Origin: an uncultured Alcaligenaceae bacterium
GTDB lineage: Bacteria; Pseudomonadota; Gammaproteobacteria; Burkholderiales; Burkholderiaceae_B
NCBI GenBank assembly: GCA_937995985.1
Contig: CALKIR010000023.1
Span: 116,466 to 180,465 of the forward strand
Length of the DNA stretch: 64,000 nt
Direction: 5' to 3'
Made by a program: the position numbers and the translations under genes. Below the pieces are notes generated by a model that was not told the DNA's origin, did no database searches, and saw only the letters and a program-made list of their open reading frames with translations. Positions 20,528 to 30,743 of the stretch are shown piece by piece (position 1 is the stretch's first letter; each line of letters starts with the position of its first letter).

Positions 20528-22543
20528 ATGGATACACCAAGCTTATTTCTCATTATTGCGTTTGCCCCGCTTGTGACGGCCTTAATCGCAGGCTTGTTCG
20601 GAACGGGCTTTTTAGGAAGGTTCATCTGCAAAAAGGCAGCGCATAGTCTGACCATTTTAGGAGTATTAATCTCCTTTATTGGCTCCGTCATGGTGCTGCT
20701 GCAAACAGTAGATGGCATGACTTTTGATGGTGCTGTTTATACTTGGTCAGTGATTGGTGGGGTAGAGTGGCAGATTGGCTTCCTCATTGATAACCTGACA
20801 GCCATCATGATGGTTGTGGTGACTTCAGTCTCCTTAATGGTCCATATATATACTATGGGCTATATGGCTGATGACCCAGGCTATCAGCGCTTCTTTTCCT
20901 ATATTTCACTGTTTACCTTCTCGATGCTGATGCTGGTCATGTCTAATAACATGCTGCAGCTTTTCTTCGGGTGGGAAGCAGTTGGTTTAGTATCCTATCT
21001 GCTGATTGGGTTTTGGTACGAGCGTGAGTCAGCGGTGTTTGCCAATATGAAAGCCTTTTTGATGAACCGAGTCGGGGATTTTGGCTTTGTATTGGGCATT
21101 GGGCTGATTTATGCGTACACCGGCAGCATGAATTACAAGGATATTTTTAGTCAGGTGGATGTATTATCTCAATTACAATTCCCTGGCACGACTTGGCAGC
21201 TGCTGACTGTTGCATGTATCGCTCTGTTTGTAGGCGCAATGGGTAAGTCAGCGCAGGTACCATTACATTCCTGGTTGCCTGATTCCATGGAGGGGCCCAC
21301 CCCGATTTCAGCTTTGATTCATGCTGCAACCATGGTGACAGCAGGAATCTTTATGGTGGCGCGTTTCTCACCCCTGTATGAGCAGTCCCCCACAGCTTTG
21401 TCTTTAGTGGTTGTGATCGGTGCGATTGGCGCCTTATTTTTGGGTATCCTTGGCATTATCCAAAATGATATTAAGCGAGTGGTGGCGTACTCAACTTTGT
21501 CGCAACTCGGCTATATGACTGTTGCGTTGGGTGTTTCCGCCTATTCAGTAGCCATCTTCCACTTGATGACCCACGCATTTTACAAAGCGCTATTATTCTT
21601 AGGTGCAGGTTCGGTTATTGTGAGCATGCATCATAATCAAGATATTCGTGCGATGGGCGGCTTGCGCAAGTACATGCCCATTACTTGGATCACCTTCTTA
21701 TTGGGTACTTTTGCCCTAGTAGGTGTGCCCTTTTTCTCTGGCTATTATTCCAAAGAGCATATTATTCAAGCCGCACAATTGGCTTCGGCTGATGGCATGT
21801 GGGGAGGGACTTTTGCCTACTATTTGATTCATATTGGGGTATTTGTTTCCTCACTTTATTCATTCCGTTTGTACTTTATTGTTTTCCACGGCAAGGAAAA
21901 TTTCCGCAATCCGCCTGCCGAGGCCTTGCAGGATGTCGAGGACCACGAGGCGCATCGAGTACAAGGGGATCCCAAAGAGTCTCCTTGGTCAATAGTATTG
22001 CCTTTGGTGCTGCTGGCCGTGCCGTCGGTATTTGCTGGGATTTGGTTTACAGACCCCATTTTATTTGGCGATTTCTTTGACGGTTCTATTTATGTGGCCC
22101 CAGAGCATACGGTCATGGCTCAACTGACTACAAGCTGGCATGGTTGGGTTGAGTATGCCTTGCATGGTTTTGTGACTTGGCCTTTCTGGATGGTGGTCGC
22201 TGGTGCTGTGGTGGCCTGGTATTGTTATTTGGTCAATCCGGCTGTTCCGGCTGCGATTCGCCGCCGTTTATCGGGGCTGTATCGTATTCTCGAGAACAAA
22301 TACTATGTTGACTGGTTTTATGAGCAGGTGTTGGCACGTGGCGCCCGCTGTTTAGGTATAGGTCTATGGAAAGGTGGCGATGCCAGCTTTATTGATGGAC
22401 TGATAGTAAACGGCAGTGCACGTGTAGTAGGCTGGTTTGGGGCGATTTCCCGCCATATCCAAACAGGCTTTATTTATCACTATGCCTTAGCCATGATTCT
22501 TGGCATCTTGGCGCTCTTAACCTTTTTTGTGCTGACGGTTTAA
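20528..22543 (+). CDS. nuoL: NADH-quinone oxidoreductase subunit L
   Basis: 671-aa antiporter-like subunit (WEAVGLVSYLLIGFW) with a long C-terminal lateral-helix region. Confidence 0.96.
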   Translation: MDTPSLFLIIAFAPLVTALIAGLFGTGFLGRFICKKAAHSLTILGVLISFIGSVMVLLQTVDGMTFDGAVYTWSVIGGVEWQIGFLIDNLTAIMMVVVTSVSLMVHIYTMGYMADDPGYQRFFSYISLFTFSMLMLVMSNNMLQLFFGWEAVGLVSYLLIGFWYERESAVFANMKAFLMNRVGDFGFVLGIGLIYAYTGSMNYKDIFSQVDVLSQLQFPGTTWQLLTVACIALFVGAMGKSAQVPLHSWLPDSMEGPTPISALIHAATMVTAGIFMVARFSPLYEQSPTALSLVVVIGAIGALFLGILGIIQNDIKRVVAYSTLSQLGYMTVALGVSAYSVAIFHLMTHAFYKALLFLGAGSVIVSMHHNQDIRAMGGLRKYMPITWITFLLGTFALVGVPFFSGYYSKEHIIQAAQLASADGMWGGTFAYYLIHIGVFVSSLYSFRLYFIVFHGKENFRNPPAEALQDVEDHEAHRVQGDPKESPWSIVLPLVLLAVPSVFAGIWFTDPILFGDFFDGSIYVAPEHTVMAQLTTSWHGWVEYALHGFVTWPFWMVVAGAVVAWYCYLVNPAVPAAIRRRLSGLYRILENKYYVDWFYEQVLARGARCLGIGLWKGGDASFIDGLIVNGSARVVGWFGAISRHIQTGFIYHYALAMILGILALLTFFVLTV

Positions 22544-22545
22544 TA

Positions 22546-24045
22546 ATGGCTAGCGATATGGCGTCTTCAACTTTTCCTTGGCTAACGCTTGCGATCTTTG
22601 TGCCCATTGTGGCCGGACTTTTGGTCCTGGCCCTTGGGCGCGATGACCGACCCAATCTGACCCGCTTTTTAGCATTAGTTGGGTCCCTCGTAGCGTTTCT
22701 GGTTACTATTCCTCTCTATACAGGCTTTGATCCGAATACTGCACAGCTGCAGTTTGTTGAGTTTACTCCTTGGATCGAGGCTTATGCAGTCAACTACCAC
22801 TTAGGGATTGACGGGTTATCCATGTGGTTCGTGTTACTGACCGCCTTTATTACCATTATTGTGGTAATTGCAGGTTGGGACAGTGTTAAAACACGGTTAC
22901 CACAGTATTACGGGGCATTTTTGATCCTTTCCGGGTTGATGGTTGGGGTCTTTGCTGCCGTTGATGGATTGCTGTTCTACATTTTCTTTGAGGCCACACT
23001 AATTCCTATGTACCTCATCATTGGGGTCTGGGGAGGGCCACGACGTGTTTATGCAGCAATCAAGTTTTTCCTCTATACCCTATTGGGGTCGCTGCTCACT
23101 TTGGTGGCCTTTATTTACCTCTGGCAAGCAGCAGAGGGTAGCTTTGATATTTTGACCTGGCATCAATTGCCTCTGCCCTTAGAGCCACAGATTTTGATCT
23201 TCTTGGCCTTATTTATGGCGTTTGCAGTTAAGGTGCCGATGTGGCCAGTACATACTTGGTTGCCTGATGCACACGTAGAGGCGCCTACTGGTGGTTCTAT
23301 TGTGTTGGCAGCTATTATGCTTAAGCTTGGGGCATACGGATTTATCCGTTTCTCTTTGCCAATTGCTCCCGATGCCGCGCATTATTTATCATCTTTCATG
23401 ATTGCGCTGTCTCTTATTGCAGTGGTGTATATTGGCCTGGTGGCAATTGTGCAAAAAGATATGAAAAAGCTGGTGGCCTATTCATCAGTAGCCCACATGG
23501 GGTTTGTGACCTTAGGCTTTTTCATTTTTAATGCCACCGGTATGGAAGGGGCTATCATGCAGATGATTTCCCACGGTTTTGTATCAGCTGCAATGTTCTT
23601 GTGTATTGGCGTGCTATACGACCGTTTACACAGTCGTGAGATTGCTGATTACGGTGGGGTTGTGAAGGTCATGCCGCGGTTTGTCACTTTCTTTGTACTC
23701 TTTTCCATGGCAAATAGCGGCTTACCCGGCACCAGTGGATTTATTGGTGAGTTTACCGTCATCATGGGCGCGGTGGAATATAACTTTTGGATTGGATTGC
23801 TGACCGCTACTGCTCTGATTACGGGCGCTTCGTATTCCTTGTGGATGCTCAAGCGTGTGGCTTATGGTCCCATCAAAAATCCGCAGGTGGAAAATCTGCA
23901 GGATGTCAGTGGTAAAGAGTTTCTCGCTTTGGGATTATTGGCCATTGCGGTGTTGTTCATGGGCATTTACCCCAAACCCTTCACTGATGTGATGCATGTT
24001 TCTGTAGATGCGCTGTTGCAGCACGTCTCTGTATCAAAATTGTAG
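22546..24045 (+). CDS. nuoM: NADH-quinone oxidoreductase subunit M
   Basis: 499-aa antiporter-like subunit (VPMWPVHTWLPDAHVEAPT). Confidence 0.96.
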   Translation: MASDMASSTFPWLTLAIFVPIVAGLLVLALGRDDRPNLTRFLALVGSLVAFLVTIPLYTGFDPNTAQLQFVEFTPWIEAYAVNYHLGIDGLSMWFVLLTAFITIIVVIAGWDSVKTRLPQYYGAFLILSGLMVGVFAAVDGLLFYIFFEATLIPMYLIIGVWGGPRRVYAAIKFFLYTLLGSLLTLVAFIYLWQAAEGSFDILTWHQLPLPLEPQILIFLALFMAFAVKVPMWPVHTWLPDAHVEAPTGGSIVLAAIMLKLGAYGFIRFSLPIAPDAAHYLSSFMIALSLIAVVYIGLVAIVQKDMKKLVAYSSVAHMGFVTLGFFIFNATGMEGAIMQMISHGFVSAAMFLCIGVLYDRLHSREIADYGGVVKVMPRFVTFFVLFSMANSGLPGTSGFIGEFTVIMGAVEYNFWIGLLTATALITGASYSLWMLKRVAYGPIKNPQVENLQDVSGKEFLALGLLAIAVLFMGIYPKPFTDVMHVSVDALLQHVSVSKL

Positions 24046-24057
24046 GCCTGGAACGTT

Positions 24058-25608
24058 ATGCAAAACTCATTTGATTTCGCGTTGGCTTTGCCCGAGATCC
24101 TGCTTCTGATACTGGCTGCAGGCGTGTTGTTGCTTGATGCATTCAATAAGTCTGAAGGTCGCCACAGTACCTTTGCTCTCACGCAGCTTAGTTTGATCGC
24201 AGTGGGCATTGTCATTTTCTGGCAGTGGGGCAATGGGATATATGGAACGAGCTTTGGTGGTTTATTCAAGGTGGATTCACTTGCTCTGTTCCTCAAGCTC
24301 CTATCGGTGATTGCTGTCCTGGTGACCCTATTATATGGACGTCAGTATGCTGAGGATCGGGGGATGCTGGTCCGAGGGGGAGAGTTGTACTCCTTGACCA
24401 TGTTTGCATTACTGGGGCAGTTTTTAATGATTTCTGCCAGTCACCTGCTCATGGTTTATTTAGGCATTGAGCTTTTATCATTTTCACTATATGCCTTAGT
24501 GGCGTTACGCCGTGAAAATGCCAAGGTCACCGAGGCGGCCATGAAGTATTTTATCCTTGGTGCGTTAGCATCTGGGGTCATGCTTTATGGCTTATCCATG
24601 ATTTATGGTGCAACCGGAGATCTGAGCCTCAATGCTATTGGACGCAGCATTGCTGAAGGTGAGGTCCTGCGCTTGCCCTTGGTATTTGGGGTGGTATTTG
24701 TGGTATCAGGGCTAGCCTTTAAATTAACGGCTGCTCCTTTTCACATGTGGACCCCGGATGTGTATGAGGGCGCGCCCACCACAGTTACTTTGATTATTGC
24801 TGCGGCTCCTAAGCTTGCTGCCTTTGTTATTGTGCTGCGTGTATTGACTGATGCCTTACATGGCATTGCTATTGATTGGCAGCCGATGTTGATGCTGTTG
24901 GCAATTCTCTCACTACTAGTGGGGAACTTAACCGCCCTAGTACAGACTAACTTTAAGCGATTGCTTGCTTATTCAACCATTTCCCATATGGGGTTTGTGT
25001 TTTTGGGCTTGCTTTCGGGGGTGGATGTGGCGGTGGCCGAGGATCCCAATAGCTTGGTTGCAATGATACAGCGCATGCTGGGTTATGATTACGCCATTGC
25101 TGCCTATGCTTATGGTGCGGCCTTGTTTTACATGATTATCTACGTGCTGACGACCTTAGTGACTTTTGGGATTATTTTGGTTCTGAGTCACAAAGGGTTT
25201 GAGTGTGAGCAAATTGATGATCTCAAAGGACTGAGCAAGCGTCACCCCATGTTGGCATTTTTCCTTTTATTATCGATGTTCTCACTTGCGGGTATTCCGC
25301 CCTTAGCAGGGTTTTATGCCAAACTAAGCATTCTAGAGGCGCTTATTCATGCGGGGCATGTGGGAGTGGCCGTCTTTGCGGTCATTATGTCGCTAATCGG
25401 TGCTTTTTATTATATTCGGGTGGTCAAGGTGGCTTACTTCGATGAGCCCGCTGTTCAGCCCGAGACAGGGGCATCTGCTTCAATGGGAGTCGTGACCAAG
25501 TGGGTGTTAGGCATCAATGGTTTGCTGCTGCTCGTGCTGGGCATTATGCCTGGTGGCTTGATGGAGTTGAGTATTACCGTGGTGCAAAACTCACTCAATT
25601 TTTTCTAA
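24058..25608 (+). CDS. nuoN: NADH-quinone oxidoreductase subunit N
   Basis: 516-aa antiporter-like subunit ([16 protein letters not shown]). It is the last canonical nuo gene. Confidence 0.95.
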   Translation: MQNSFDFALALPEILLLILAAGVLLLDAFNKSEGRHSTFALTQLSLIAVGIVIFWQWGNGIYGTSFGGLFKVDSLALFLKLLSVIAVLVTLLYGRQYAEDRGMLVRGGELYSLTMFALLGQFLMISASHLLMVYLGIELLSFSLYALVALRRENAKVTEAAMKYFILGALASGVMLYGLSMIYGATGDLSLNAIGRSIAEGEVLRLPLVFGVVFVVSGLAFKLTAAPFHMWTPDVYEGAPTTVTLIIAAAPKLAAFVIVLRVLTDALHGIAIDWQPMLMLLAILSLLVGNLTALVQTNFKRLLAYSTISHMGFVFLGLLSGVDVAVAEDPNSLVAMIQRMLGYDYAIAAYAYGAALFYMIIYVLTTLVTFGIILVLSHKGFECEQIDDLKGLSKRHPMLAFFLLLSMFSLAGIPPLAGFYAKLSILEALIHAGHVGVAVFAVIMSLIGAFYYIRVVKVAYFDEPAVQPETGASASMGVVTKWVLGINGLLLLVLGIMPGGLMELSITVVQNSLNFF

Positions 25609-25621
25609 ATAGATAGCCAAA

Positions 25622-26152
25622 ATGAGTCAAACAACAGCAATCTGGGTATTGATTGTTTTAGCCTTGGTATGTGCAAATCTGCCTTTTGTATTACAGCGGC
25701 CATTGCTTTTTTTACCTTGGTCACAAAAGGCCGAGCGCGCTCGGCCGCTGTGGCAACGTTGGGCATTATTTATTATGTTTAGTGCCTTGATGGGTGGGTT
25801 GGCTATAGGGGCTTATGTTTGGCTCAGTCAGCAGTTTTTTAGTAATTCCTTGAGCTTATTATTAACCACGGTGAGTTTATTATTAATCGGCACGGTATTG
25901 TTTTATATCCCTGGCTGGTTCAATGCTAATCGTGGTATTCATAAGAGCTTATTGGATCGTTTTATTGAGTTAACCGTTCTGTATGTGTTGGTGATTTTAT
26001 TGGGTACCGCATTCGAAGCAGGCATTGGTAATGTATTTCCCCAGCAATGGGAGTTTTATGCCATTACTTATAGCTTGTTTTTGGTCTTGGGTTATCCTGG
26101 CTTTGTGATGCGTTACTTATTAAAACGTCGCCGCGTGTTGGTGACTCAATAA
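25622..26152 (+). CDS. uncharacterised 5-TM membrane protein (DUF2818-like), 15th cistron of the nuo operon
   Basis: 176 aa with five hydrophobic segments. The start lies 13 nt after the nuoN stop with no intervening hairpin, and a terminator follows at 26203. The family assignment is from memory of Burkholderiales nuo loci and has not been searched. Confidence 0.7.
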   Translation: MSQTTAIWVLIVLALVCANLPFVLQRPLLFLPWSQKAERARPLWQRWALFIMFSALMGGLAIGAYVWLSQQFFSNSLSLLLTTVSLLLIGTVLFYIPGWFNANRGIHKSLLDRFIELTVLYVLVILLGTAFEAGIGNVFPQQWEFYAITYSLFLVLGYPGFVMRYLLKRRRVLVTQ

Positions 26153-26202
26153 TATTTGTTGTGCTGTGCACGACATAGGCTGATGGATAGCAAAATTATG
26201 AG

Positions 26203-26235
26203 CGCCGCTGCTACTAATGCAGCGGCGTTGTTCTT
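26203..26235 (+). terminator. rho-independent terminator closing the nuo operon
   Basis: Stem CGCCGCTGC / GCAGCGGCG with a TACTAAT loop, followed by TTGTTCTT. Confidence 0.7.
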
Positions 26236-26261
26236 GGGGTCTTCTAATTATTGAGAAAAAG

Positions 26262-27110
26262 ATGGCACATTTGATTTTACAAAGTCCCGCTTTGTTAGAG
26301 CCTTTGGTAATTGAAAAAATTGCTGCTTTAAGTGCGAGCAGTGGGGTGCAAGAGCTCGGGCCCACAAGGGTGCGAATTTTGGATGCGGATCCTGCTGCTG
26401 AGGAACAAATACAGCAACTATGTGCGCACCACCGTGTTGATTATGCGTACTTGGATGAGATTCACAATTTGCGTGATTGCAAATTGCTCGCCATGGATAT
26501 GGATTCTACTTTGATCAATATTGAGTGTATTGATGAGATTGCCGATGTGGCGGGGCGAAAGCAGGAGGTGGCTCAAATTACTGAAGCAGCAATGCGTGGT
26601 GACATAACAGATTTTTCTGATAGTTTAAGACGGCGTGTTGCCATGCTAGAGGGGGTGTCAGCAGAAGCTTTAGAGCAAGTGTATGAGCAGCGCCTGAGTT
26701 TAAATGCAGGGGCAGAGCGGCTAGTGAGTCAAGCGCGTCAATATGGTATTTATACTGTGTTGGTGTCAGGGGGGTTTACATTTTATACCGATCGTCTAAA
26801 AGAGCGCCTACAGCTCGATGAAGCTCATGCAAATACGCTGGCCATCAAAGATGGTAAGCTAACTGGGCAGGTGCTGGGGGATATTGTGGATGGTGCAGCA
26901 AAGGCTGCACATGTGGCACGCTTGGCCGCTCAATTAGGGGCGAGTCCCGAGCAGATTATTGTCATTGGCGATGGGGCTAATGATTTACCCATGATGCGCC
27001 ATGCTTATTATTCAGTTGCTTATAGAGCCAAGCCAGTAGTACAAAAGCAGGCGCGTTTTGCGCTGAATTACTGCGCTTTGGATGCTGCGTTAAATTGGTT
27101 TCGTATTTAA
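26262..27110 (+). CDS. serB: phosphoserine phosphatase
   Basis: HAD motifs are present: DMDSTLI, SGGF and GDGANDLPM. The ATG at 26262 was chosen because the ORF-track start at 26217 lies inside the nuo terminator hairpin. Confidence 0.9.
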   Translation: MAHLILQSPALLEPLVIEKIAALSASSGVQELGPTRVRILDADPAAEEQIQQLCAHHRVDYAYLDEIHNLRDCKLLAMDMDSTLINIECIDEIADVAGRKQEVAQITEAAMRGDITDFSDSLRRRVAMLEGVSAEALEQVYEQRLSLNAGAERLVSQARQYGIYTVLVSGGFTFYTDRLKERLQLDEAHANTLAIKDGKLTGQVLGDIVDGAAKAAHVARLAAQLGASPEQIIVIGDGANDLPMMRHAYYSVAYRAKPVVQKQARFALNYCALDAALNWFRI

Positions 27111-27129
27111 TGCGGGCCTTTTGGGCCCG
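27111..27129. terminator. GC-rich hairpin between the convergent serB and mfd genes
   Basis: GCGGGCC-TTTT(G)-GGCCCGC, immediately after the serB stop. There is no clean U-tract on either side. Confidence 0.45.
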
Positions 27130-27144
27130 CAGTCAGTAAATGAC

Positions 27145-30100
27145 TTAAGACTTAGTAGGCTCGGGCTCTGCGGTACGCAACTGAGACAGAAAGCGTCGAG
27201 CATAATGGGTGCGTTCGGTAACAGTTAACGGTGCTTTATAGGTAACTCGAAGCTTTTCTGGGCCGTCAAAGCGAATGTTTTGGCGGCTTTGCACCAGCTC
27301 AATAAGCTGGACGGGATCCACTTTAGGGTGCGCATCAAACTGGATGAGCATATGCTCTTCCTGTACATCCAGGCTAATAATGCCTAACTTCTCTGCAAGT
27401 AGGCGCAGCCGATGAAGATGCAGTAAGTTGTGGGCATAGTCTGGTAATGGGCCATATCTATCAATTAGCTCCTCTTGGATTTCAGTGATCGTATCGTCTT
27501 GAGAGGCATGTGCCAGTTGTTTATAAAAACCGAGTCGGGCATTAATATCAGCACAATAATCTGAGGGTAACAAGGCCGGGGCGCGCAGATTGATTTCACT
27601 GTGCTGATTAAAGGTGCTTAATAAGTCATCATCCTTGTCATGCCCGGCTTGTAATGATTTCAGTGCGGCATTGAGCATGTCGTTATACATGCTAAAGCCC
27701 ACATCATGAATGTTGCCAGATTGTTGATCACCTAATACCTCTCCTGCACCACGAATTTCTAAATCATTCATGGCAAGGAAAAAACCAGCTCCTAAGGTAT
27801 CCATTTGCTCTATTGCTTCTAGGCGTTTTTTAGCTTGAGGGGTAATGGCCTCTTCGTCCGGAATGAGTAAATAAGCATAGGCTTGGTGGTGCGATCGGCC
27901 TACTCGTCCTCGTAATTGATGTAATTGAGCCAAGCCCAGGCGATCCGCGCGATGAATAACTATGGTATTGGCCGTGGGCACATCCAGCCCTGTTTCGATA
28001 ATCGTGGTGCATAGGAGCACATTGTAGCGCCGCTGATAAAAGTCCCGCATGACTCGCTCGAGCTCACGCTCTGGCATTTGTCCGTGAGCGACTGCAATAC
28101 GCGCTTCGGGGACAAGCTCTTGGAGCCGGTCACGGCGATTGTAAATAGTTTCTACCTCATTGTGCAGAAAATAGGCCTGTCCGCCTCGTTTGAGCTCGCG
28201 TAATAAGGCTTCGCGGATAATGCTTGAGTCTTCACGGCGTACAAAGGTTTTTACAGCCAGGCGGCGCTGCGGGGCTGTGGCGATCACCGAAAGGTCACGG
28301 ATGCCTTCAAGGGACATGCCCAAGGTGCGAGGAATAGGGGTGGCAGTTAGGGTTAAGACATCAACATCAGAGCGTAGTGCTTTAAGACGTTCTTTTTGAC
28401 GTACACCAAAACGATGTTCCTCATCAATAATAAGCAATCCTAGGCGTTTAAAGCTGACATTTTTAGACAGTAAGGCATGGGTGCCAATTACAATATCAAC
28501 GGTGCCTTGGGCCAGCCCTTGAATGGTAGCGCGGCTTTCTTTAGCGGTTTTAAAGCGAGACAGCTCTCCAATAGTAACAGGCCATTCAGCAAATCGATCG
28601 GCAAAGGTTTGGGTATGCTGCTCAGCTAATAAAGTGGTGGGACAAAGAACGGCGACTTGAAAACCATTTGCTACTGCAATAAAAGCAGCCCGTAAGGCAA
28701 TTTCTGTTTTGCCAAAACCGACATCGCCACATATCAGTCTATCCATAGGCTGCTGAGACTGCATATCATGGATAACTGCTTCAATAGCTGCGTGTTGATC
28801 TGGAGTCGGTTCAAAACCAAAGCCCGCACAAAAGGCTTCATAGTCTTGTAGTGGGACAGTAAAGCTTTGCCCCTCGCGTGCAGCACGTTGGGCATATAAA
28901 GCCAATAATTCTGCAGCTGTGTCTCGGGCTTGTTTGGCTGCACGACGGCGTGCTTTTTCCCATTGTCCAGAGCCCAATAAATGCAAAGGGGCGCTGTCTT
29001 GATCGGCTCCGGTATAGCGAGAAATGACATGCAGCTGGGATACGGGAACATAGAGGGTTGCTTGCTCAGCATATTCGAGATGCAGGAGCTCTACCGGCCC
29101 CTCTCCTAGATCCATTTCAACCAGACCTTGATAGCGACCAATGCCATGCTCTTGGTGAACCACTGGATCACCAATACGCAGTTCGGAGAGATCCCGAATC
29201 ATGGACTCCAGATCCGTACGCCGCTCAGTTCGATGAGGGGAACGTATACGAGCCTGATGAGGATAGAGATCATTTTCCGTGATCAAGCTGAGCCCCAAAT
29301 GATTCACCGTAAAGCCTTGATCAAGGTAGGCCTGAACTAAGGTGAAATGGGCGTGTTGATGCAGGGCATCACTGATAGTGTCTGCTAACTCATCAGGGCT
29401 GAGATGATGCTCTTGGAGCATGTTCAATAAGGTTTCACGACGGCCAAGTGAGTCGGCACAGAGGATGATGCGTTGGGATTTTTTTTCTAGTTGTTTGCGT
29501 AGAGTGTGTACAGGGTCTTCTGCGCGTCGCGCAATGGCGACTTGAGGGGCTGGTGAAAAGTCAGGGTGCGAACCATGGGCACGCAAATCTAGGCGACGGA
29601 AGTTTTTAAGCGCTGTAAAAAATTGCTCACTTGTGAGAAATAGGTGTTCGGGCGCCAGAATTGGACGTTCCGTATCATATTTTAAAAATTCATATCGACT
29701 TTGGGTATCTTGATGAAAGTCTTGAATACTGCTGTCGACAGGACCATGGGTAACCATGATGCTGTTTGAGTCTAAATAATCAAAAAGACTGGCAGTTTCT
29801 TGGAAAAATAAGGGTAAGTAGTATTCTATCCCGGCAAATGCAATGCCCTCGCCAACCTCTTTGTAGGGAAGGGCGCGGGAAGGATCTCCTTCAAAATATT
29901 CTCTAAATTGTGCTCTGAATGTAGTGCGTGCTTCTTCATCAAAGGGAAACTCGCGCCCAGGTAAGAGATTAATCTCCGTAACGGGATAAATGCTGCGCTG
30001 TGTGTCAATATCAAAGGTTCGAATGGATTCTATTTCTTCATCAAAGAGATCCAGTCGATAAGGAACAGCAGACCCCATAGGAAAAATATCAATAATGCCG

Positions 30101-30609
30101 CCACGAACACTGAACTCACCTGCAGCACTAACTTGGTTAACATGACTATAGTTGGCACGTACTAATTGTGCACGGAGTTGCTCTGCATCGAGACGCTCTC
30201 CTTGTTTAAAGTGAAAACTATAGGCTGCGAGAAATTCTGGTGGCGCAGTGCGGTACAATGCAGTGCTCACTGGCACTATGAGAATATCCACGGCGTGCTG
30301 TGATAGGGCATGGAGGGTGCTTAAACGTGTGGAAATCAGCTCTTCGTGTGGGGAGAAGCGGTCATAGGCTAGAGTTTCCCAGTCAGGAAAAGCACATGTT
30401 TTAAGCTGGGGAGCAAATAATTGTATTTCATCTATGAGGCGATGGGCATCTACTGGGTGGGCACATAAGATAACTAATGGGTCTTGACTCTGAAGTGCGA
30501 GATGGGCAAGTAGCCAAGCATCGCCAGAACCGGCTGGCAGAGGCTGTTGATAGCGTTGCCCTTTTTTGAGGGCAGAGAGTGTGGCGGCAGTGCTGGGTAA
30601 GGAAAACAT
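27145..30609 (-). CDS. mfd: transcription-repair coupling factor
   Basis: About 1154 aa with an N-terminal UvrB-homology region, a CarD-like RID, a helicase Walker A (GDVGFGKTEIA), DEEHRFG and a TRG motif region. The start was trimmed to MFSLPS (30609). Confidence 0.95.
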   Translation of the reverse strand: MFSLPSTAATLSALKKGQRYQQPLPAGSGDAWLLAHLALQSQDPLVILCAHPVDAHRLIDEIQLFAPQLKTCAFPDWETLAYDRFSPHEELISTRLSTLHALSQHAVDILIVPVSTALYRTAPPEFLAAYSFHFKQGERLDAEQLRAQLVRANYSHVNQVSAAGEFSVRGGIIDIFPMGSAVPYRLDLFDEEIESIRTFDIDTQRSIYPVTEINLLPGREFPFDEEARTTFRAQFREYFEGDPSRALPYKEVGEGIAFAGIEYYLPLFFQETASLFDYLDSNSIMVTHGPVDSSIQDFHQDTQSRYEFLKYDTERPILAPEHLFLTSEQFFTALKNFRRLDLRAHGSHPDFSPAPQVAIARRAEDPVHTLRKQLEKKSQRIILCADSLGRRETLLNMLQEHHLSPDELADTISDALHQHAHFTLVQAYLDQGFTVNHLGLSLITENDLYPHQARIRSPHRTERRTDLESMIRDLSELRIGDPVVHQEHGIGRYQGLVEMDLGEGPVELLHLEYAEQATLYVPVSQLHVISRYTGADQDSAPLHLLGSGQWEKARRRAAKQARDTAAELLALYAQRAAREGQSFTVPLQDYEAFCAGFGFEPTPDQHAAIEAVIHDMQSQQPMDRLICGDVGFGKTEIALRAAFIAVANGFQVAVLCPTTLLAEQHTQTFADRFAEWPVTIGELSRFKTAKESRATIQGLAQGTVDIVIGTHALLSKNVSFKRLGLLIIDEEHRFGVRQKERLKALRSDVDVLTLTATPIPRTLGMSLEGIRDLSVIATAPQRRLAVKTFVRREDSSIIREALLRELKRGGQAYFLHNEVETIYNRRDRLQELVPEARIAVAHGQMPERELERVMRDFYQRRYNVLLCTTIIETGLDVPTANTIVIHRADRLGLAQLHQLRGRVGRSHHQAYAYLLIPDEEAITPQAKKRLEAIEQMDTLGAGFFLAMNDLEIRGAGEVLGDQQSGNIHDVGFSMYNDMLNAALKSLQAGHDKDDDLLSTFNQHSEINLRAPALLPSDYCADINARLGFYKQLAHASQDDTITEIQEELIDRYGPLPDYAHNLLHLHRLRLLAEKLGIISLDVQEEHMLIQFDAHPKVDPVQLIELVQSRQNIRFDGPEKLRVTYKAPLTVTERTHYARRFLSQLRTAEPEPTKS

Positions 30610-30743
30610 CAATGATTCGACTGATATAAGCGTAACGGTTGAAGCAATAAGAACAATTATTGTACGCAAGCTAGGGCTTGGGCACAGTTTGATTTATGAT
30701 AGATGGATTTTAGACTGTTTCAAAATAGTTTGGGAGAACAAAT

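Noticed and set aside
24058-25608. NuoN is somewhat long (516 aa), with a possible ~25-aa insertion around [24 protein letters not shown].
   Set aside because: This cannot be established without an alignment to reference NuoN sequences. The length is within the plausible family range.
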